From Candidatus Marinacidobacterales bacterium (GTDB lineage: Bacteria; Acidobacteriota; Vicinamibacteria; Marinacidobacterales; DATDRI01): 64,000 nucleotides of DNA. The position numbers and the translations under genes were made by a program. The DNA is taken from contig OZ245365.1 of NCBI GenBank assembly GCA_965226495.1, positions 4,832,001 to 4,896,000 on the forward strand, in the 5' to 3' direction. The notes below the pieces were generated by a model, which saw only the letters and a list, made by a program, of their open reading frames with translations, searched no databases and was not told the DNA's origin. The first letter of the stretch is position 1. The number at the start of each line of letters is the position of its first letter. Shown here in pieces: positions 56,529-64,000 of this stretch.

Positions 56529-57139
56529 AACGATCCTCTAGGAATGACGGTTTCGAGCAGCTTCTTGAGGGCCGCCCGAGCTCGGTGCAGCCTGGTCTTT
56601 ACCGCGCCTGGATTGATTTGCAGAATCTCCGCGGTCTCTTGGGTGTCGAGCTCTTCGATATCTCGGAGCAGCAGTACGGCGCGGTAATCGTCCGGAAGCG
56701 TGTCGATCGCCTTCCTGACTGCATCTCGAGTCTCTTTATCGCTTACCAATGTCTCTACGGATTCTCGTGAGTGATGACCTCTTGTCTCGATACGGCATTG
56801 ATAGTCGTCGAACTCGGGCATGAACTCGTCCAGCGAGCCTTCGGGCCGATGGCGCCGCGACCGGAGCTTCAAAAAGGCACTGTTGACGACGATGCGGTGG
56901 AGCCACGTCCAGACTGTGGAGCGCCCCTCGAAGCGCTCGATGTTCCTGAAAGCCTGAAGAAAAGCCTCTTGCACGCAGTCGCGTGCGTCTTCGGGGTCGC
57001 CCATAATACGGGTCGCGACACTGAGCATCTTGCCGCCGTAGCGACGGACAAGCTCCTCGTAGCTTCTGTCGTCACCGGCCCGGAGTCCCTTTAGCAGCTC
57101 CGGCGGCTCTGTTCGCGGTTTATCGGCTATCGAACCCAT
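56525..57139 (-). CDS. ECF sigma-70 factor
   Basis: DARDCVQEAF, TWLHRIVVN, ETAEILQINPGAVKTRLHRAR. Start placed at ATG 57139. Confidence 0.92.
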   Translation of the reverse strand: MGSIADKPRTEPPELLKGLRAGDDRSYEELVRRYGGKMLSVATRIMGDPEDARDCVQEAFLQAFRNIERFEGRSTVWTWLHRIVVNSAFLKLRSRRHRPEGSLDEFMPEFDDYQCRIETRGHHSRESVETLVSDKETRDAVRKAIDTLPDDYRAVLLLRDIEELDTQETAEILQINPGAVKTRLHRARAALKKLLETVIPRGSL

Positions 57140-57349
57140 CGTTTTGGACGCTGGCTGGTCGGTTATGGCAACCCGTTTCCGCCTTGCGGTATCAGAAGAG
57201 ATGGCGGCGGAAGGCCGGATGAAACTCCGAAGTCTGGCGGCAATTGTAGCTCGTCGGCGTCTTCCGCTGCCACCAACGAATTCCGCCACGAAGGAGGATC
57301 TTTGGCACGACGTGCGAAACCTCTAAGACAGGCCGCTCCGGCTACCGGC

Positions 57350-59320
57350 ATGCCAATGCTGAGGTTGGGCCGTTCCGCGTGCGGGAACCTTGACGTCAGC
57401 CACCGCCGCGAATGGCTTGTCACGAACGGAATCGGTGGCTATGCCTCAGGTACGGTAGCAAGTCTCAACACGCGTCGCTATCACGGTGTCCTGGTGGCTG
57501 CGCTTCGCCCCCCGGTAGGCCGCACCGTCTTGGTTTCCAAGCTCGATGCCACCGTCTCATATCGCGGAGAGACCTACCCCCTCTTTGGCAACGAGTTCGC
57601 CGACGGCACCGTCGACCCTCACGGCTACAAGCACATCGAGACCTTCGAGCTCGAAGGCTTGATTCCTGTTTGGCGCTACGCATTTTCTGATGCGCTCCTC
57701 GAGCTTCGATTGTGGATGGCGTATGGTCGGAACACGACCTACGTCACCTACTCCCGCACGCGAGGTAGCGCCCCTATGGAGCTCTCCATTTCACCGCTGT
57801 GTACGTACCGGGACTTTCACGGCCACAGCCAGGGAGGTTGGGAGCCTGGGCTGCGCACCAGCGGTGGTGGGTTCGAGCTCACCGCGTTCGACGGTGCTCA
57901 GCCTTATCGGGTCGTTGCCCACCGCGCCGACTTCGAGGAACGTCGAGATTGGCACTGGCAGTTCAAACATCGTCTGGAGACCTATCGGGGCCTCGATGAC
58001 ACGGAAGACCTTTTTCGGCCGGGCGAGTTTCATACCCAGCTCGGCGAGGGGGATTCCGTCACCCTGGTTTGCTCCGCGGAGACGGCAAAGCCTGCAAGTG
58101 GAAAGGCTGCGCTCTCGGCCGAGCGAGCGCGGCAGCAAGCGCTTCTCCGAGGCTGTCCGACAGATGATCCCGTTCGAAGGCGCTTGACTCTTGCCGCAGA
58201 CCAGTTCGTGGTTCGTCGCTCTCGGGGCCAGGACGTAGGTGCGACCATCATCGCAGGATATCCCTGGTTTGGAGATTGGGGTCGGGACACGATGATCGCC
58301 TTACAGGGGCTGACGCTCTCGAGCGGTCGCGCGACGCTTGCCGCCGAGATCCTGAAGACCTTCGCCGCACACGTCAGCGAGGGCATGTTGCCCAACCGCT
58401 TTCCGGAAGTGGGAGAACAGCCCGAGTACAACACCGTCGATGCGACGCTTTGGTATTTCGTCGCCGTTTATGAGCATCTGCTCTCGACGGATGACCTCGG
58501 TCTTGCGAAAGAGCTATTCCCCGTCCTGGCCGAGATCGTCGAAGCGCATCGTCGCGGGACGCGCTACGAGATTCACGTCGATCCCGACGACGATCTTCTT
58601 TACGCGGGGGAGTCTGGAGTTCAGCTCACATGGATGGACGCCAAGGTAGGTGATTGGGTGGTCACCCCTCGAATTGGCAAGCCGGTCGAAATCAACGCTC
58701 TCTGGTACAACGCTCTACGCATCGTGGCCGAGCTCGCGCGCCGCCTGCGGAAGCACAAAGTCGCTCGAGAGTATGGGGCAGCAGCAGAACGCGTGCGAGG
58801 CTCCTTCGAGAAGCGTTTCTGGTACCAAGAGAAAGGATACTTGTACGATGTCGTGGATGGACCCGATGGCGACGATGCATCGCTTAGGCCTAACCAGATT
58901 TTCGCGCTCTCGCTTCCTTTCCCGCTCGTCAGTCCCAATGGCGAGAAAGCGCGGTCGGTGGTGGATGCCTGTGGTCGGGAGCTCTATACGCCCCACGGCC
59001 TAAGGACCCTCGCCCCGAGCGATTCGAGCTACGTCGGCGTTTACAGAGGGGGTCCGCGGGAACGTGACGGAGCCTATCATCAAGGAACGGCGTGGCCGTG
59101 GCTTCTCGGCCCTTTCGCGACCGCCCACCACAGAGCCTATGGCGATGCCGAGCTCGCGCGCTCTTTCCTCGCATCCATGGAGACGCATCTACTCGAGGCC
59201 GGGATTGGTTCGATCAGCGAAATCTTTGACGGTGATCCCCCGCAGGATGCGCGGGGGTGTTACGCCCAAGCCTGGAGTATTGCCGAAGTACTCCGCGCCT
59301 GGATCGATCTAGACCAGTGA
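57350..59320 (+). CDS. Amylo-alpha-1,6-glucosidase (archaeal-type glycogen debranching enzyme)
   Basis: REWLVTNGIGGYA, AGYPWFGDWGRDTMI, LTWMDAK, RPNQ, YHQGT, QAWS.AE. Confidence 0.92.
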   Translation: MPMLRLGRSACGNLDVSHRREWLVTNGIGGYASGTVASLNTRRYHGVLVAALRPPVGRTVLVSKLDATVSYRGETYPLFGNEFADGTVDPHGYKHIETFELEGLIPVWRYAFSDALLELRLWMAYGRNTTYVTYSRTRGSAPMELSISPLCTYRDFHGHSQGGWEPGLRTSGGGFELTAFDGAQPYRVVAHRADFEERRDWHWQFKHRLETYRGLDDTEDLFRPGEFHTQLGEGDSVTLVCSAETAKPASGKAALSAERARQQALLRGCPTDDPVRRRLTLAADQFVVRRSRGQDVGATIIAGYPWFGDWGRDTMIALQGLTLSSGRATLAAEILKTFAAHVSEGMLPNRFPEVGEQPEYNTVDATLWYFVAVYEHLLSTDDLGLAKELFPVLAEIVEAHRRGTRYEIHVDPDDDLLYAGESGVQLTWMDAKVGDWVVTPRIGKPVEINALWYNALRIVAELARRLRKHKVAREYGAAAERVRGSFEKRFWYQEKGYLYDVVDGPDGDDASLRPNQIFALSLPFPLVSPNGEKARSVVDACGRELYTPHGLRTLAPSDSSYVGVYRGGPRERDGAYHQGTAWPWLLGPFATAHHRAYGDAELARSFLASMETHLLEAGIGSISEIFDGDPPQDARGCYAQAWSIAEVLRAWIDLDQ

Positions 59321-59328
59321 GGATCTGA

Positions 59329-62019
<2,691 letters not shown>

Positions 62020-62149
62020 ATGGCACGTTCTATATTCGACCGCAGCTCGTACAACCGCGCAGGCGTCGAGAGGGTGATGGGATTTGCCACCAAAAAGGAG
62101 ACCCACGTGCGATCTCTCAAGACTGATCAGACCATGGTCAAGGATTAGT

Positions 62150-63001
62150 ATGCCTGACGCGAGCCTTCTCCAATTCTGGTGGGTTTTTCCGGCCGCCGTC
62201 GTGTTCTCGACCATCGCCATCGGTTCTGGTGTCTCCGGTGCTTTGTTCTTCAGCCCCTTCTTTATGCTGGCCGTAGGATTGAACCCGGCGCAGGCCGTAG
62301 GAGCAGGTCTTCTCACCGAGGTCTTTGGCATGGGAAACGGGCTTCGGGCCTACGTCAGCGCCAAGCTCGTCGACTACGCGACAGCCAAGTGGCTCTTGTT
62401 TGGTGCCATACCCGGCGTCATTGCGGGCTCGATCGCCGCGGATGCGGTCCCGAGCAACGTTCTCAAATTGATCTTCGGTACAGGCTTGCTCGTTCTAGCG
62501 GGCTTTCTCATCTTGGTACGGACACCGGAGGAGTGTGAGCCCGGTGATCGGCGGTCGGAGTTGATCGAACAGAAATCCAAGGGGAAAGGAACCACCATCA
62601 TCCGCGCCACGGACGGATCCGTTTATGAATACCCGACCTGCTGGAGGCCGCCAGGCGTCACGCTGGCCGCCCTCGGCGGGGTTCTTACCGGAATGATCAG
62701 CGCCGGTCTTCCCGAAATCTCGACCACCCAGCTCGTTGCCCGCTGCGGAGTGCCTCCCCGCGTTGCCATCGCGACGAGCGTCTTCACCCTCGCGATCGTT
62801 GCGGCCTTGGGCGCGGCAGTCCACGCGCTTCACGCTCAGCCCGTCTGGCACGTGGTCGCCTGGAGCATACCGGGGGTTCTTCTAGGAAGCACGATCGGCA
62901 GTCGTGTTGGCAAGCACCTTCCCGCCAAGGCGATGGAGAAGGCTCTCGGCGCCGTATTCGCCTTCGTCGGGCTCTTGGTGCTCGTTCTAGCGTTTTACTA
63001 G
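62150..63001 (+). CDS. TauE/SafE-family sulfite exporter-like membrane protein
   Basis: About 8 TM helices, GSGVSGA.FF.P, AIATS, GS.IG.R. Confidence 0.85.
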   Translation: MPDASLLQFWWVFPAAVVFSTIAIGSGVSGALFFSPFFMLAVGLNPAQAVGAGLLTEVFGMGNGLRAYVSAKLVDYATAKWLLFGAIPGVIAGSIAADAVPSNVLKLIFGTGLLVLAGFLILVRTPEECEPGDRRSELIEQKSKGKGTTIIRATDGSVYEYPTCWRPPGVTLAALGGVLTGMISAGLPEISTTQLVARCGVPPRVAIATSVFTLAIVAALGAAVHALHAQPVWHVVAWSIPGVLLGSTIGSRVGKHLPAKAMEKALGAVFAFVGLLVLVLAFY

Positions 63002-63010
63002 TCCATCAGT

Positions 63011-63027
63011 GGGCAAGGGACTTGCCC
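63011..63027 (+). terminator. Hairpin downstream of TauE
   Basis: GGGCAAG-GGA-CTTGCCC; weak T tail. Confidence 0.35.
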
Positions 63028-63109
63028 CTGTAACCTTTCTTGCCATTACGGCATACACTACTCGCGCAGCGCGGGCGTCCCTTTCCCGGCAAGTCGGAGG
63101 AAATACCCA

Positions 63110-64000
63110 ATGACGGAGAGCCTTCTAGAAAAACCCCAACCCTCGTTCACTATCGAGCCCTGGGACGAGCACAACCGGGTCACCGCCGAGAACGTCCATC
63201 CTAGCGATTGGGTAAATCCCAAACCCGAGGGACGCTACAACCTCGTCGTTGTCGGTGCCGGCACAGCGGGTCTGGTCTCCGCAATCGGGGCCGCCGGTCT
63301 CGGCGCGAAGGTGGCTCTCGTCGAGAAACACCTTATGGGGGGCGACTGTCTGAACGTGGGTTGTGTTCCGTCCAAGGCACTCATCCGCGCGGCCCGGGTG
63401 GCCGCCGACTCGCGTCGCGGAGCGGAGTTCGGGGTTCGAATCGGTGGGGTCGAGGTCGATTTCCCGCTCGTCATGGAGAGAATGAGAAAGCTGAGGGCGC
63501 GCATCAGCGCCAACGACTCGGTTCGGCGGTACACAAAGGCGGGAGTCGATGTTTTCATCGGCGCCGGAAAGTTCACGGGACGTGACAGCATACAGGTCGG
63601 TAGCGACACGCTACGTTTCTCACGAGCCGTCATCGCGACGGGTGCACGTGCGGTAGCCCCTCCTATCGAAGGGCTCGAGGAGGCCGGGTACCTTACGAAC
63701 GAGACCGTATTCTCTCTTACCGAGCTGCCGCGGCGGCTCATCGTCATCGGCGCGGGTCCCATCGGCGTGGAGCTCTCCCAGGCTTTTGCGCGATTCGGAT
63801 CGGAGGTGCATCTTCTGGAGGCGGCCGGCCAGATACTCACTCGGGAAGATCGCGACGCCGCCGAGCGCGTCGAGGCCGCCCTAAAGGCCGATGGCGTTCG
63901 GATCGTTTCCGGCTGCGGCATCAAGAGAGTAACCACGACGGAGGCCGGTAAGGTGGTGGAGCTCGATGGCAAGGGCGAATGCCAAAGCATTCTTGCCGAC
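63110..64000 (+). CDS. Flavin-dependent disulfide oxidoreductase (mercuric reductase/Lpd-like), runs off the window edge
   Basis: Not in the ORF track. GGAGG RBS; MTESLLEK...VHPSDWVNPKP..RYNLVVVGAGTAG...GGDCLNVGCVPSK, IATG, IGAGPIG.E. Confidence 0.9.
   Translation, partial: MTESLLEKPQPSFTIEPWDEHNRVTAENVHPSDWVNPKPEGRYNLVVVGAGTAGLVSAIGAAGLGAKVALVEKHLMGGDCLNVGCVPSKALIRAARVAADSRRGAEFGVRIGGVEVDFPLVMERMRKLRARISANDSVRRYTKAGVDVFIGAGKFTGRDSIQVGSDTLRFSRAVIATGARAVAPPIEGLEEAGYLTNETVFSLTELPRRLIVIGAGPIGVELSQAFARFGSEVHLLEAAGQILTREDRDAAERVEAALKADGVRIVSGCGIKRVTTTEAGKVVELDGKGECQSILAD

Noticed and set aside
57301-57316. TTGGCACGACGTGC as a second sigma54 promoter
   Set aside because: GG-to-GC spacing is 8 nt rather than the required 10.
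63110-64000. Calling the last gene merA (mercury resistance)
   Set aside because: No N-terminal metal-binding domain, the C-terminal Cys pair is outside the window, and no mer operon genes are adjacent.

Overview
GC-rich bacterial genomic DNA whose gene content resembles Acidobacteriota (probably Vicinamibacteria-like; this is inference, there is no marker gene). It is mostly housekeeping and accessory metabolism: class V aminotransferase, kbl, queG, an ECF/anti-sigma-led two-permease RND operon, a two-subunit CoA-transferase, a pseudopilin + HD-GYP module, a sialidase-fold/glycosyltransferase envelope locus, a pair of Rieske-fused enzymes, MscS, a decayed ba3-type oxidase operon, proteases, a diheme cytochrome, redox/MBL hydrolase genes, two glycoside hydrolases, TauE and a partial flavin disulfide reductase. 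No rRNA, tRNA, CRISPR array, prophage or intact IS was seen. The most unusual signals are non-coding. (1) A stand-alone structured unit at about 38.28-38.55 kb carries 17 nt complementary to the canonical 16S rRNA 3' end, directly ahead of a 13-codon ORF and a terminator. (2) A dispersed ~90-nt element at 17.0 and 23.9 kb (partial copy at 33.56 kb) shows 7 double compensatory base changes between copies with invariant loops. (3) A consensus sigma54 promoter precedes an unknown 74-aa protein. (4) A 139-bp transposase fragment sits inside a beta-propeller gene between 36-bp direct repeats. About ten genes are frameshifted or truncated; some breaks look like homopolymer read errors, others like real deletions.
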